Source: Burkholderiales bacterium
Lineage (GTDB): Bacteria > Pseudomonadota > Gammaproteobacteria > Burkholderiales > SG8-39
Assembly (NCBI GenBank): GCA_049582045.1
Contig: JBAUTD010000559.1
Coordinates: forward strand, 11,720 to 75,719
Direction of reading: 5' to 3'
Length of the DNA: 64,000 nt
The notes under the pieces are model-generated. The model was given only the letters and a program-made list of their open reading frames with translations, did no database searches and was not told where the DNA came from. Both the position numbers and the translations under genes were made by a program. Of the stretch, positions 28,355 to 39,255 are shown piece by piece (position 1 is the first letter of the stretch; the number at the start of each line of letters is the position of its first letter).

Positions 28355-30934
28355 TCAGACCTGGAGTTCCTTCGCGAGCTCCTGCTCCAGACGCAGGACT
28401 GTCTTGGAATCGGAAAGCGCCTCGCCCGAAATCAGGAACACGTCTTCGGCCCGGTCGCCCAGCGTATTGATCTTAGCGGTGTGCAGGTCGATGTGGTAGC
28501 GCGCAAGGGTCCGCGCCACGCCATAGAGCAGTCCGGGATGATCGCCGGCGATGATCGACAGTACCTGGTAGGTCCCGCGTTCGTCCGGACGAATATCGAC
28601 TACGGGTGATATCGGGAAATGGCGCACGCGGCGCGACAGGCGGCCGCCCCGAGGCGGACCGAGCGGAACCTCGGATTCGAGCTCCTGCGAGAGCTCGGTT
28701 TCCACTAGATTGATCATATCCCGGTAATGCACACCCTTGCCTTCGCCCATCACGATGAAGGTGTCCAACGCGTATCCGTTGCGGGTCGTATGGATCTTGG
28801 CCTCGACGATATTGAAGTTGATCTTGTCGAAGCAACCGCAGATTCGAGCAAACAAGGCTGGACGATCGCGCGTATAGATCATCACCTGCAGGCCGTCGTC
28901 AAACGGCGCAAGCCGCGCCTTCACGACGGGTGTGTCTGCGTTCACGCGATAGTGGAGGTTGCGGGTTTGCCAGGCAATTTCCTGCGCGTCGTGACGCAGA
29001 AAATAGGTTGTGTCGAGCTGCGCCCACAGGCGATCCTTTACGCCGTCTGACAGAGCATATAGCCTGAGCAGCCGCGTTGCCTCCGCCTGCTTCTCGGCGA
29101 GCGCGGCGTCCAGTTGAAGAGTTTCGCCGGTAAGAACGCGTCGGGCGGCGCGAAATAGATCTTCGAGCAGCTTGGCCTTCCACGCGTTCCAGACTTTTGG
29201 ACTGGTGCCGCGAATGTCCGCCACCGTAAGCAGATATAGCGCGATCAAGCGTCGCTCGGTCCCGACGCGCTCCGCGAACGCGTGAATGACTCCGGGATCG
29301 TGGACGTCCTGCTTTTGCGCGACCATGGACATCGAGAGGTGGTTCGTGACCAGGAACACCACGAGTTCCTCGTCTTCGGTCGCGAGTTCGTGGCGACGAC
29401 AAAATATCCTCGCGTCGCTCGCCCCGAGTTCGGAATGGTCGCCGCCTCTGCCTTTCGCTACGTCGTGATATAGAGCAGCGATATACAGCAGCCAGTGGCG
29501 CGTGAATCCGCTCATCAGCTGGCTGCACAGCGGGAATTCGTGGGCCAGCTCCGGCATCGTGAATCGGCGCAGGTTGCGCAGCACCATCAGAATGTGCTGA
29601 TCGACCGTGTACACGTGAAACAGGTCGTGCTGCATCTGTCCGACCACGTGACCAAATTCCGGCAAGTAGCGGCCGAGGATGCCGTATTGGTTCATGCGGC
29701 GAAACTCGTGCACGATGCCGTGCGGCTGCTGCAGGATTTGCAGAAACATCAGCCTGGCGACCGGGTCCCGCCGGAACCGGGCGTCTATTCGACGCCGTCC
29801 GCGCCAAAGCGCCCGCAGGGTGGGCGCAGTCATGCCCTGGAGTTCGTGATGCTGCTGCATCAGGAGGAAGCTTTCGAGCACCGCGAGCGGCTCGCGTTCG
29901 AACAATCCTTCGTCGCAGGCTTCGAGCAATTCGCCGCGGGCACGGAAACGCTCGTTCAGCGGCTGCAATTCCACCTCGGACTTGGGGAAAAGGCGTGCGC
30001 CCAAGTTCTGCAGCAGGATCGTGTTCAGCTGGGTTATCGTTTTCGCCGTGCGGTAGTAGCGCTGCATCATCACTTCACTGGCGCGGCGCGTTGGTGTTTC
30101 GGAATCGCCGAGCTGATTGGCGAGCGCGTTCTGAAGGTCGAATACGAGCCGGTCTTCCCGCCGCCCTGCGAGATAGTGCAGGCGAATTCGCAGGTTCTGC
30201 AGCACAGATTCGCTGCGCGAGAGCTGGCGCATCTCGTCGTGCTGGATCAGACCGTGGGTCTCAAGGTCGCGCCAGCCGTTTCCGATTCCAGCTGCCCTGG
30301 CGATCCACTGAATGACATGCAGGTCGCGCAGGCCGCCGGGAGCTTCCTTCAGGTTGGGCTCGAGGGAGTAGGGAGTGTCCTGGTGCTTGGCATGGCGCTG
30401 TTCCTGCTCGAGCTTCTTCGCCTTGAAGAACGACGCGGGGTCGAACGCCTGATGAAGGGCCGCGTCGAGCTTGCGATACAGCGTTCGGCTGCCTGCGAGG
30501 AAACGGGCCTCAAGCAGGGTTGTGCGCACTGTAATGTCGGCTTCTGCCGCCTCCAGGCAAGCCGCGATGGTGCGAACACTGTGACCGGCCTCCAGACCGA
30601 CATCCCATAGCTGCCCGACGAGAGACTCGAGCCGGGAGCGCTCATCGGGCGAGGGTTCCCTTGCCAACAGGATAAGAACGTCGATATCCGAGAACGGGAA
30701 CAGCTCCGCGCGACCATACCCACCGGTGGCCAGCAGCGCAGCGCCCGCGGCAGGCTGCGAATCGCGCCATATCGCCTTGATGGTGCGATCGACCAGTTTG
30801 GAGTGGCCGTGCAGCAGGGCGCGCGGCCGCGGTCGCCGCAAATAGGCTTCGCGCAGGGTGCCGCGCGCAGCCTGCAATTGCGCGCGAATCCGCGAGACGG
30901 TCGTGCCGGGTCCAGCGGGCTGCGTTGCAGCCAT
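28355..30934 (-). CDS. glnD: [protein-PII] uridylyltransferase/uridylyl-removing enzyme
   Basis: 859 aa: nucleotidyltransferase N-terminus 'GGYGRAELFPFSDIDVLILL', HD domain 'AALYHDVAKGRGGDH', two C-terminal ACT-like regions. Confidence 0.95.
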   Translation of the reverse strand: MAATQPAGPGTTVSRIRAQLQAARGTLREAYLRRPRPRALLHGHSKLVDRTIKAIWRDSQPAAGAALLATGGYGRAELFPFSDIDVLILLAREPSPDERSRLESLVGQLWDVGLEAGHSVRTIAACLEAAEADITVRTTLLEARFLAGSRTLYRKLDAALHQAFDPASFFKAKKLEQEQRHAKHQDTPYSLEPNLKEAPGGLRDLHVIQWIARAAGIGNGWRDLETHGLIQHDEMRQLSRSESVLQNLRIRLHYLAGRREDRLVFDLQNALANQLGDSETPTRRASEVMMQRYYRTAKTITQLNTILLQNLGARLFPKSEVELQPLNERFRARGELLEACDEGLFEREPLAVLESFLLMQQHHELQGMTAPTLRALWRGRRRIDARFRRDPVARLMFLQILQQPHGIVHEFRRMNQYGILGRYLPEFGHVVGQMQHDLFHVYTVDQHILMVLRNLRRFTMPELAHEFPLCSQLMSGFTRHWLLYIAALYHDVAKGRGGDHSELGASDARIFCRRHELATEDEELVVFLVTNHLSMSMVAQKQDVHDPGVIHAFAERVGTERRLIALYLLTVADIRGTSPKVWNAWKAKLLEDLFRAARRVLTGETLQLDAALAEKQAEATRLLRLYALSDGVKDRLWAQLDTTYFLRHDAQEIAWQTRNLHYRVNADTPVVKARLAPFDDGLQVMIYTRDRPALFARICGCFDKINFNIVEAKIHTTRNGYALDTFIVMGEGKGVHYRDMINLVETELSQELESEVPLGPPRGGRLSRRVRHFPISPVVDIRPDERGTYQVLSIIAGDHPGLLYGVARTLARYHIDLHTAKINTLGDRAEDVFLISGEALSDSKTVLRLEQELAKELQV

Positions 30935-30937
30935 CGT

Positions 30938-31738
30938 CTACGCCGCGAAGGCGGGAGGCGGCGGCGAGTTCGACGACACCGTCAGTACCTGGTAGCCCGA
31001 CTCGGTGACGAGTACGGTGTGTTCCCACTGCGCGGAAAGGCTGTGATCTTTGGTAACGATTGTCCAGCCGTCGGCCAGTTCACGGATCGCCGCTTTTCCG
31101 GCGTTGATCATCGGTTCGACCGTAAAGGTCATTCCCGGCTCGAGTACAAGCCCGGTGCCGGGCTTGCCGTAATGCAGAACCTGCGGCTCCTCGTGAAAAT
31201 TGCGCCCGATGCCGTGACCGCAGAACTCCCGTACGACCGAGAAGCCGTTCTTTTCGGCGTTTGCTTGGATGGCCGCGCCTACGTCGCCAAGGCGACCGCC
31301 CGGGCGCACCTGTATGATTCCGAGCCACATGCACTCGTAGGTAACTTCTACCAGCCGGCGCGCCTGGACGCCAGGCTCGCCCACGTAGAACATGCGGCTC
31401 GAGTCGCCGTGGAATCCATCCTTTATCACCGTCACGTCGATGTTCAGAATATCGCCGGCCTTGAGCACACGGTCGCCTGGAATTCCGTGGCAGACCTGAT
31501 GGTTCACCGAAGTGCAGATCGACTTGGGGTAGGGCTTGTACCCGGGCGGCGCGTAGTTCAGCGGCGCGGGCACAGTTTCTTGCACCTTGACCATGTAATC
31601 GTGGCACAGAGCGTCGAGCTTGCTTGTCGACGCCCCTGAGCGCACGTGCGGTGCGATGAAATCCAGCACCTCGGACGCGAGACGTCCGGCGACCCGCATC
31701 TTCGCGATCTCGTCGGGTGTCTTACGCGTGACGGCCAT
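30938..31738 (-). CDS. map: type I methionine aminopeptidase
   Basis: 'TPDEIAKMRVAGRL', 'DILNIDVTV', 'FCGHGIG' and 'EHTVLVT'. ATG 31738 chosen; the track start at 31786 adds 16 aa with no support. Confidence 0.94.
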   Translation of the reverse strand: MAVTRKTPDEIAKMRVAGRLASEVLDFIAPHVRSGASTSKLDALCHDYMVKVQETVPAPLNYAPPGYKPYPKSICTSVNHQVCHGIPGDRVLKAGDILNIDVTVIKDGFHGDSSRMFYVGEPGVQARRLVEVTYECMWLGIIQVRPGGRLGDVGAAIQANAEKNGFSVVREFCGHGIGRNFHEEPQVLHYGKPGTGLVLEPGMTFTVEPMINAGKAAIRELADGWTIVTKDHSLSAQWEHTVLVTESGYQVLTVSSNSPPPPAFAA

Positions 31739-31791
31739 GGGCTGGCAAAAGGGATTGAGGATACGAGAATCGCCCCTGAGAGGCAATTCTA

Positions 31792-31821
31792 TTGAGTGTT
31801 GATATCTGATTATGCTAGAAT
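31792..31821 (+). promoter_or_regulatory. candidate sigma70 promoter for rpsB-tsf (extended -10)
   Basis: TTGAGT (31792-31797), 18-nt spacer, TGcTAGAAT with TAGAAT at 31816-31821. This would leave a leader of about 125 nt before GTG 31954. Confidence 0.45.
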
Positions 31822-31953
31822 TTTGGGCTGGTCAGGGTTGCTTCCGATGGGTGCGTTCTGACCAAATTTCCTGCCCGGCTGGTTAGGGTGCCCGGCTCTT
31901 GCCGGGTCGACGTTGCGGCCGCGCGGCAGACTTAACCCTACGAGGAGCAAATA

Positions 31954-32703
31954 GTGTCAGTGACCATGCGTCAAATGCTCGAGGCAGGCGTCCATTTCGG
32001 GCACCAGACTCGATACTGGAATCCGAAGATGGCGCCATTCATCTTCGGTCATCGCAACAAGATCCACATCATCAATCTCGAGACGACCCTGGCAATGTAC
32101 CAGGACGCGCTCAAGTACATCCGGCGTCTGGCGGCCAACAAGGGAAATTTGCTGTTCGTCGGCACCAAGCGTCAGGCGCGCGAGATCATCAGGGAAGAGG
32201 CTGTGCGCTGTGGCATGCCTTTCGTCGATCACCGTTGGCTTGGCGGGATGCTGACGAACTTCAAGACCGTCAAGCAGTCGATCAAGCGCTTGAAGGAAAT
32301 GGAACAAATGGCGCAGGACGGCACCTTCGAGCGGATGTCCAAGAAGGAAGCGCTGGGGCTGCAGCGAGAACTGGAAAAACTTAACCGCTCCCTTGGCGGG
32401 ATCAAGGACCTGGGGAGTCTGCCCGACGCGTTGTTCGTGATCGATGTGGGCTATCAGAAGGGCGCGATCGCTGAGGCGGTGAAACTCGGCATTCCCGTCG
32501 TGGGGGTGGTCGATACCAATCATTCGCCTGAAGGTATCGACTACGTCATCCCGGGCAACGACGATTCCAGCCGCGCGATCAGGCTGTACGCACGGGGGGT
32601 CGCCGATGCCGTCCTCGAAGGACGTTCTCAATCGGTGGAAGAGATTGTCGAGGCATCGCGCGACGAATTCGTCGAAGTGGACGACGAGGCAAGCGAGGAA
32701 TGA
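31954..32703 (+). CDS. rpsB: 30S ribosomal protein S2
   Basis: '[22 protein letters not shown]'. GTG start with SD GAGGAG 7 nt upstream. Confidence 0.97.
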   Translation: MSVTMRQMLEAGVHFGHQTRYWNPKMAPFIFGHRNKIHIINLETTLAMYQDALKYIRRLAANKGNLLFVGTKRQAREIIREEAVRCGMPFVDHRWLGGMLTNFKTVKQSIKRLKEMEQMAQDGTFERMSKKEALGLQRELEKLNRSLGGIKDLGSLPDALFVIDVGYQKGAIAEAVKLGIPVVGVVDTNHSPEGIDYVIPGNDDSSRAIRLYARGVADAVLEGRSQSVEEIVEASRDEFVEVDDEASEE

Positions 32704-32725
32704 TGCGGGCGCAGCCCGGGGCGTG

Positions 32726-32751
32726 AAAAGGGGGCCGATGGCCCCTTTTTT
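32726..32751 (+). terminator. terminator/attenuator hairpin between rpsB and tsf
   Basis: AAAAGGGGGCC-GAT-GGCCCCTTTTTT, 23 nt after the rpsB stop. Confidence 0.7.
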
Positions 32752-32814
32752 CAACCTGGAATTTGAAATCGATAATTATGGGGCTTCGCAGCCCCTGGCA
32801 AGGAGCCGTCGGCA

Positions 32815-33693
32815 ATGGCAGAGATCACCGCAGGTCTGGTGAAAGAGCTCCGGGAGATGACCGGGCTTGGAATGATGGAGTGCAAGAAGGCGCTTGGCGA
32901 AACCGGGGGCGACCTGCGCAAAGCGGAAGAGCTTCTGCGCATAAAGAGCGGGGCCAAGGCGAGCAAGGCGGCCGGGCGAATTGCTGCGGAAGGCATCGTG
33001 GGCGCGTTCATTTCCGCGGACGCTCGTCTGGGGGCGCTGGTCGAGGTCAACTGCGAAACGGACTTCGTGGCGAAGAACGAGGATTTCCTGTCTTTTGCCA
33101 ACGCAGTGGCAGAACTGGTAGCGAAGACGGATCCAAGGGACGTCGAGGCGCTGGCATCGCTTGTTCTCGATGGTGCCAAGGTGGAGGAGCGCCGGCAAAG
33201 CCTGGTGCAGAAGATCGGCGAGAACATCTCCGTGCGCCGATTCGAGCGTCTTCAGACCACTTCGCGCCTAGCGCTCTATCTGCATGGGACCAAGATCGGC
33301 GTCATCGTCGATTACGACGGTCCGGAACAAGTCGGCAAGGATGTCGCAATGCACGTCGCGTTCGCCAAGCCCGCGTATCTCGCAAAGGCCGAGGTGCCGG
33401 CGGACGTGGTGGCGCGCGAGCGCGAGATCTTGACTGCGAGAGCCAAGGAGTCCGGCAAGCCGGACGAAATCGTGGCCAAGATGGTCGAAGGTGGGGTCAA
33501 CAAATTCCTCAACGAGATTGCCTTGCTCGGACAGCCTTTTGTAAAGGACGACAAGCAAAGTATCGAGAAGATGCTGGGCGTTCACAAAGCCAAGGTGCAC
33601 GCGTACAAGTATCTCGTCGTCGGCCAGGGGATCGAAAGAAAGACGAATGACTTCGCGGCGGAAGTCCAGGCGCAGGTGGGATTGGCGCGCTAG
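32815..33693 (+). CDS. tsf: translation elongation factor Ts
   Basis: '[24 protein letters not shown]' UBA-like N-terminus. SD AAGGAG lies upstream. Confidence 0.97.
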   Translation: MAEITAGLVKELREMTGLGMMECKKALGETGGDLRKAEELLRIKSGAKASKAAGRIAAEGIVGAFISADARLGALVEVNCETDFVAKNEDFLSFANAVAELVAKTDPRDVEALASLVLDGAKVEERRQSLVQKIGENISVRRFERLQTTSRLALYLHGTKIGVIVDYDGPEQVGKDVAMHVAFAKPAYLAKAEVPADVVAREREILTARAKESGKPDEIVAKMVEGGVNKFLNEIALLGQPFVKDDKQSIEKMLGVHKAKVHAYKYLVVGQGIERKTNDFAAEVQAQVGLAR

Positions 33694-33727
33694 CCGCGTA
33701 TTGCCATCACGCCGGAGAATCTAAGCC

Positions 33728-34441
33728 TTGCGACCCAGCTATAAGCGCATCCTGCTCAAACTGTCCGGCGAAGCGCTGATGGGTAGCGATCCTTACGGGA
33801 TCAACCGCCAGACGATCGAGGGGATTGTCGCCGAGATCGCGCAAGTGGCCAGTCTGGGTGTGGAAATCGGAATCGTCATCGGCGGCGGTAACATCTTCCG
33901 CGGTGTTGCGCCGGGTGCCTCGGGCATGGATCGCGCTACCGCGGACTACATGGGAATGCTCGCCACCGTCATGAATGCACTTGCGTTGCAGGACGCCCTG
34001 CGCCACGCCGGGCTGGCAAGCAGAGTTCAGTCCGCGCTGCATGTCGAGCAGATCGTCGAGCCGTACATCCGGGGCAAGGCGATTCGCTACCTTGAAGAAG
34101 GCAAGATCGTAGTCTTCGCGGCTGGCACCGGCAATCCGTTCTTCACCACCGACACTGCGGCCGCCTTGCGCGGAAGCGAGATGGGCGCGGAAATCGTAAT
34201 CAAGGCGACTAAGGTAGACGGCGTATATACCGCCGACCCGAAGAAGGACGCCTCCGCAAAGCGATACGGCCGGATCAGCTTCGACGAGGCGATCGCCCGT
34301 AATCTCAAGGTGATGGATGCGACTGCGCTCACGCTCTGTCGCGATCAGAAGCTCCCGATCAACGTGTTCAGCATCTTCAAGAAGGGCGCGCTGAGGCGCG
34401 TAGTTCTCGGCGAAGACGAGGGCACGCTAGTGCACGTGTGA
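33728..34441 (+). CDS. pyrH: UMP kinase
   Basis: '[13 protein letters not shown]', 'GGGNIFRG' and '[18 protein letters not shown]'. TTG start. Confidence 0.95.
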   Translation: MRPSYKRILLKLSGEALMGSDPYGINRQTIEGIVAEIAQVASLGVEIGIVIGGGNIFRGVAPGASGMDRATADYMGMLATVMNALALQDALRHAGLASRVQSALHVEQIVEPYIRGKAIRYLEEGKIVVFAAGTGNPFFTTDTAAALRGSEMGAEIVIKATKVDGVYTADPKKDASAKRYGRISFDEAIARNLKVMDATALTLCRDQKLPINVFSIFKKGALRRVVLGEDEGTLVHV

Positions 34442-34460
34442 GTCTGCATAGGAGGCCGAC

Positions 34461-35018
34461 ATGATTCCGGAACTCAAGAAGAGCACCGAGCAGAAGATGC
34501 GCAAGAGCATCGACGCGTTCAAATCGGATTTGTCGAAGGTGCGAACCGGTCGTGCGCACACCGGTATTCTCGACCACGTCATGATCGATTACTACGGTAC
34601 GGCCACGTCATTGAATCAGGTCGCGAAGGTTACGCTGCTCGACGCGCGCACTATCGGAGTGGCACCGTTCGAGAAGAAGATGGTGCAGGCGGTGGAGAAG
34701 GCAATTCGCGAATCCGACCTCGGGCTCAATCCCGCTGCTATGGGGGAGACGATTCGGGTTCCGATGCCCGCTCTTACCGAGGAACGGCGCAAAGAACTCA
34801 TCAAGGTGGTACGCCATGAGGCAGAAAACGCCCGGATCGCGGTTCGCAACCTACGGCGCGATGCGAATCACGTACTCAAGGAAGCTCTCAAGAAGAAGGA
34901 AGTATCGGAGAACGATGAGCGCCGGGCTCAGGACGACGTGCAGAAGCTTACCGACCGCCATGTCGCGGAAATCGACACGCTCTTGCAGCAGAAGGAAAAT
35001 GAGCTGATGGCGGTCTGA
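34461..35018 (+). CDS. frr: ribosome recycling factor
   Basis: 185 aa: '[18 protein letters not shown]' and '[18 protein letters not shown]'. Confidence 0.96.
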   Translation: MIPELKKSTEQKMRKSIDAFKSDLSKVRTGRAHTGILDHVMIDYYGTATSLNQVAKVTLLDARTIGVAPFEKKMVQAVEKAIRESDLGLNPAAMGETIRVPMPALTEERRKELIKVVRHEAENARIAVRNLRRDANHVLKEALKKKEVSENDERRAQDDVQKLTDRHVAEIDTLLQQKENELMAV

Positions 35019-35025
35019 GGCTGCG

Positions 35026-35841
35026 ATGAGCGAATACGCGAGCTCGACTCGGGAGATTCCGGTCCACGGAGATTTGCCACGCCACGTCGCCATCATCATG
35101 GACGGAAACGGTCGCTGGGCGAAACAGCGTCACTTGCCGCGATTCGCAGGCCACAAACGCGGCGTTGAGTCCGTGCGCGCGGTGGTCAAGGCATGCGCCC
35201 AGCTGGGCGTGGAGTACCTTACTCTGTTTGCGTTCAGCTCCGAGAACTGGAGGCGTCCGCCGGACGAGGTTGCGCTGCTTATGCAGCTGTTTCGTGGTGC
35301 TTTGAGCAACGAGGTGGAGAAGCTCCACCGCAATGGCATCCGCTTGAAATTGGTCGGCGATACCCAGCGATTCGATTCGAAAATTCGAGCGTTGATCGAA
35401 CGCGGGGAAACTCTGACGGCGAACAATTCTGGATTGACGCTGACCATCGCGGCGAACTACGGCGGACGGTGGGATATCCTGCACGCTCTGACCAAGCTGT
35501 TGCACGAGCAGCCCGAAGCCGCCAAAGGCCAAATACGAGAGGACGCGATCGCGCCGTACCTCGCGATGAGCTACGCACCGGAGCCCGACCTGTTCATTCG
35601 CACGGGCGGAGAGCAGAGAGTGAGTAACTTCCTCCTCTGGCAGCTCGCCTATACGGAACTTTATTTCACCGATACGCTATGGCCAGACTTCGACCGACAT
35701 GCGTTGGAATCTGCGATTGCATCGTATCGCCGGCGCGAGCGGCGTTACGGCCGCACCAGTGAGCAGGTTGGAGCGGCGACCAAACCCGCCGCGGCGACCA
35801 CGGCGTCCGGTTCGGAGCCGGCCACTGGCACATTGGCCTGA
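35026..35841 (+). CDS. uppS: undecaprenyl diphosphate synthase (cis-prenyltransferase)
   Basis: '[15 protein letters not shown]', '[14 protein letters not shown]' and '[23 protein letters not shown]'. Confidence 0.95.
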   Translation: MSEYASSTREIPVHGDLPRHVAIIMDGNGRWAKQRHLPRFAGHKRGVESVRAVVKACAQLGVEYLTLFAFSSENWRRPPDEVALLMQLFRGALSNEVEKLHRNGIRLKLVGDTQRFDSKIRALIERGETLTANNSGLTLTIAANYGGRWDILHALTKLLHEQPEAAKGQIREDAIAPYLAMSYAPEPDLFIRTGGEQRVSNFLLWQLAYTELYFTDTLWPDFDRHALESAIASYRRRERRYGRTSEQVGAATKPAAATTASGSEPATGTLA

Positions 35842-35846
35842 ACGGC

Positions 35847-36665
35847 TTGTTGTCCATCCGAATTCTGACCGCAGTCGCGCTTCTCGCGGCGTTCGGCTCC
35901 GCGCTGATTTTTCTGGGGCCGACGCAGTTTTCGCTGCTAGTCGCGGGTATTGTCGCCCTCGGTGCATTCGAGTGGGGCAGGCTGGCAAATTTTTCACCAG
36001 GCGTCGCGGCCGCCTATGCGGTCTCGATGGCGCTGGCATTCGGAGCCGTGCAATGGATGCTCGCGCCACTCGAAATTCGACAGACCACCCTGGCAATCGT
36101 ATTCGAGGGCGCTGGGCTGCTGTGGCTTGCCGTGCTTCCTGCCTGGTTACGTGCGGGCGTCGACCGACGCCAGCGCTGGCTGCTGCCGATCGCCGGTGTC
36201 GCCGTGCTTTTGCCTGCGGCGCTGGCCATGGTTTCAATGCCGCGTACGCTATTGCTGCTGGCGCTAGGCTTGGTTTGGGTCTCGGACAGCGCGGCATACT
36301 TTACTGGGCGGGCGATGGGTCGGCACAAGCTCGCGCCCACCATCAGCCCCGGAAAGACCTGGGAGGGGGTAGCCGGCGCTGCCTTGGCGACGGCAGCCTA
36401 CGCTATCATTTGCGCGTTGCTGATCCCGCAGCTTGGGGAGCGCGTGCGCGGTGCAGTCTGGCTGGTCTATCTGGCGGGTGCCGAGCTACTGTTGCTTGCG
36501 AGCGTTCTCGGCGACCTGTTCGAGTCGGCGCTCAAGCGGCAGGCGTCGGTTAAGGATAGCGGCTCGCTGCTTCCGGGCCATGGAGGCGTGCTGGACAGGA
36601 TCGATAGCGCGACAGCCGTGCTTCCGATCGCCGCGTTACTGCTGTACTGGATGACAAGGACGTGA
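35847..36665 (+). CDS. cdsA: phosphatidate cytidylyltransferase
   Basis: Multi-TM protein with CDS signature '[27 protein letters not shown]'. TTG start. Confidence 0.92.
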   Translation: MLSIRILTAVALLAAFGSALIFLGPTQFSLLVAGIVALGAFEWGRLANFSPGVAAAYAVSMALAFGAVQWMLAPLEIRQTTLAIVFEGAGLLWLAVLPAWLRAGVDRRQRWLLPIAGVAVLLPAALAMVSMPRTLLLLALGLVWVSDSAAYFTGRAMGRHKLAPTISPGKTWEGVAGAALATAAYAIICALLIPQLGERVRGAVWLVYLAGAELLLLASVLGDLFESALKRQASVKDSGSLLPGHGGVLDRIDSATAVLPIAALLLYWMTRT

Positions 36666-37891
36666 GCGTAACCGCACCGAGAACGGAGCGAGACCGGGGC
36701 CCGCTGGGGCTTACCGTGCTGGGCGCCACCGGGTCTGTCGGCGCGAGCACGCTCGACGTGGTAGCTCGCCATGGCGACAGATATTCGATACTTGCACTCA
36801 CCGCCCATCGATCCGCGGACGCGTTGCGCGAGCTTTGCGTCCGACACCAGCCACGCTACGCCGTTCTTTCAGGACTTGAAGACAGTCCGCTTGTCAGAAC
36901 GCGCTTTTCCGAGGCCGGTTGCCGCTGCGAGCTGCTCTTTGGCCGCAGGGCCCTGGAGGAGATCGCGTCCAGTGCAGGCTCGGATGTGGTGATGGCCGCC
37001 ATAGTCGGCGCTGCAGGTCTGGCGCCGACTCTCGCGGCCGCGACCGCGGGAAAGCGCGTATTGCTCGCCAACAAGGAAGCGCTTGTCATGGCTGGACCTC
37101 TGTTCATGAGCGCGGTGCGCGACGCAGGTGCGGAATTGCTGCCGATCGACAGCGAGCACAATGCCGTGTTCCAGTGCCTGCCGCATGGGGTACACGCAAG
37201 GCCTGTGCTATCGGCGGTGCGCAGAATCCTGCTTACCGCATCGGGCGGGCCATTCCGTTCCGTTCCGCTCGATAGGCTCGCGGCAGTTACGCCCGACGAA
37301 GCGTGCGCTCATCCCAACTGGGTGATGGGCCGTAAGATATCCGTCGATTCGGCCACCATGATGAACAAGGGACTGGAGGTCATCGAGGCGCGCTGGCTGT
37401 TCGACATGGAGCCCGAGCAGATCGAGGTCGTCATCCATCCCCAGAGCATCGTGCACTCGCTGGTCGAATACGTGGACGGCTCGATGATCGCCCAGCTTTC
37501 CAATCCGGACATGCGTGTTCCGATCGCGCACGCGCTCGGGTTCCCGGATCGGATCGTTTCGGGTGCGACGCCACTTGACCTGGGCGCGATCGGCCAACTT
37601 TCTTTCGAACGGCCCGATCTCGAAAGATTCCCGTGCCTTTCGCTCGCCTATGCGGCGCTGCGCGCCGGAGGAAGCGCCGCGGCGGTGCTGAATGCAGCGA
37701 ACGAAATCGCAGTCGAGTCGTTCTTGGCGGGGCGGCTACGCTTTACACGAATTCCGGAGGTGGTTCGGGCTGCGCTCGAATCGGTGCCGGCAGGCCCCGC
37801 CAGCGATCTGGCGAGCGTCCTCGACGCCGACGCACGCGCGCGCGCGGCGGCATCGTCAATCGTTGCGCGCATCATGGGTCGAGCCGCATGA
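36662..37891 (+). CDS. dxr: 1-deoxy-D-xylulose 5-phosphate reductoisomerase
   Basis: '[14 protein letters not shown]', 'LANKEALV', '[13 protein letters not shown]' and '[23 protein letters not shown]'. Confidence 0.96.
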   Translation: MSVTAPRTERDRGPLGLTVLGATGSVGASTLDVVARHGDRYSILALTAHRSADALRELCVRHQPRYAVLSGLEDSPLVRTRFSEAGCRCELLFGRRALEEIASSAGSDVVMAAIVGAAGLAPTLAAATAGKRVLLANKEALVMAGPLFMSAVRDAGAELLPIDSEHNAVFQCLPHGVHARPVLSAVRRILLTASGGPFRSVPLDRLAAVTPDEACAHPNWVMGRKISVDSATMMNKGLEVIEARWLFDMEPEQIEVVIHPQSIVHSLVEYVDGSMIAQLSNPDMRVPIAHALGFPDRIVSGATPLDLGAIGQLSFERPDLERFPCLSLAYAALRAGGSAAAVLNAANEIAVESFLAGRLRFTRIPEVVRAALESVPAGPASDLASVLDADARARAAASSIVARIMGRAA

Positions 37892-39252
37892 GTCTTCTGC
37901 ACACCGTAGTAGCGTTTGTTGTTGCGCTGGGCATTCTTATCGTCGTCCACGAGTACGGGCATTACCTGGCCGCGCGACTGTGCGACATCAAAGTGCTGCG
38001 GTTTTCCGTCGGTTTCGGCAAGCCGATCGCAACGTGGCGCCGCGGCCGCGACGGCACGGAATGGACAATCGCAGCTATTCCTTTCGGCGGCTACGTGAAG
38101 ATGCTGGATGAACGCGAAGGTTTCGTAGCGCAAGCGGACCTGACTCGGGCGTTCAATCGGCAGAACGTGTGGAAACGCTTCCTCGTGGTCGCCGCGGGGC
38201 CGGTGTTCAATTTCATATTTGCCGTGCTTGTCTACGCCGGCCTGTTTATGCATGGCCTACCCGAGGTACGCCCGGTCATCGCGCAACCTCCAGCGGGCAC
38301 GCTTGCGGCACAAGCAGGTTTCCGCGCCGGGGAGACGCTGCGCGCAATCGACAACAAGCCTGTGAGAACTTGGGGGGAGGTCAGGTGGCGTGTGCTCGAG
38401 GCCGCCTTGCAGCACGAGGTGCTCTCGGTCGAGGCCATCGATGAGCATCGGAACATATCGGTGCTGACGCTTGACCTTCGCGCCGTAACCGACAAAGAAG
38501 TCGAAGGCGACCTTCTCGCACGCCTGGGGCTGCAGCTGTTCCGGCCGTCGCTTGCGCCGGTGCTCGGAAGACTCGTTTCGGGCAGTCCTGCAGAACACGC
38601 TGGACTTGCGGCAGGAGACCGCATCACCCGGGTGGACGGCGCGCCCGTGTCGACGTGGGAGGGTCTTGTGGGCCTGATACGTGCGAATCCGGAAAAGACA
38701 CTTAGGCTTGATGTGCTTCGCGGCGACACGAATCTCAGGCTTGAAGTGCGCCCGGAGTTGGTCGAGCTGAACGGCGAGAAGATCGGTCGCATCGGTGCGG
38801 CACCGTTTATTCCCGCCTCTCACGCCGACCGCATGCTGGTGCGCGTCCACTATGGACCCTGGGAAAGTTTGGTCAAAGGTGCAGGCAAGACATACGACAT
38901 TGCCGTCTTCAGCTTGAGGATGATCGGGAAGATGTTGCTCGGCGAGGTGTCCTGGCGGCACTTGTCAGGCCCCGTGACCATCGCCGATTTCGCCGGGCAA
39001 TCCGCGCAATTGGGTTGGATCCCGTATGTCAATTTTCTCGCCCTGATCAGCATCAGTCTCGGTGTTCTGAATCTGCTCCCGATCCCGCTGCTCGATGGTG
39101 GACACTTGATGTACTATACGGTCGAGTTAATCAAGGGCAGCCCTGTTTCAGATCGCGCGATGGAACTCGGTCAGCGCGTTGGGCTGACGCTACTTCTGGT
39201 CATGATGGCCTTTGCGTTCTACAACGACCTGACTCGCCTGCTCTCCGGCTGA
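37888..39252 (+). CDS. rseP: RIP zinc metalloprotease RseP
   Basis: ATG 37888 overlaps the dxr stop (ATGA). HExxH '[10 protein letters not shown]', PDZ region and '[12 protein letters not shown]'. The track start at 37633 lies inside dxr and was rejected. Confidence 0.94.
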   Translation: MSLLHTVVAFVVALGILIVVHEYGHYLAARLCDIKVLRFSVGFGKPIATWRRGRDGTEWTIAAIPFGGYVKMLDEREGFVAQADLTRAFNRQNVWKRFLVVAAGPVFNFIFAVLVYAGLFMHGLPEVRPVIAQPPAGTLAAQAGFRAGETLRAIDNKPVRTWGEVRWRVLEAALQHEVLSVEAIDEHRNISVLTLDLRAVTDKEVEGDLLARLGLQLFRPSLAPVLGRLVSGSPAEHAGLAAGDRITRVDGAPVSTWEGLVGLIRANPEKTLRLDVLRGDTNLRLEVRPELVELNGEKIGRIGAAPFIPASHADRMLVRVHYGPWESLVKGAGKTYDIAVFSLRMIGKMLLGEVSWRHLSGPVTIADFAGQSAQLGWIPYVNFLALISISLGVLNLLPIPLLDGGHLMYYTVELIKGSPVSDRAMELGQRVGLTLLLVMMAFAFYNDLTRLLSG

Positions 39253-39255
39253 TCG

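Noticed and set aside
29495-30610. 371-aa plus-strand ORF
   Set aside because: It is antisense to glnD. It has no recognisable motifs and is a high-GC artefact.
35699-36553. 284-aa plus-strand ORF overlapping cdsA in another frame
   Set aside because: The translation is Arg/Ala-rich with no motifs. The cdsA frame carries the CDS signature [11 protein letters not shown].
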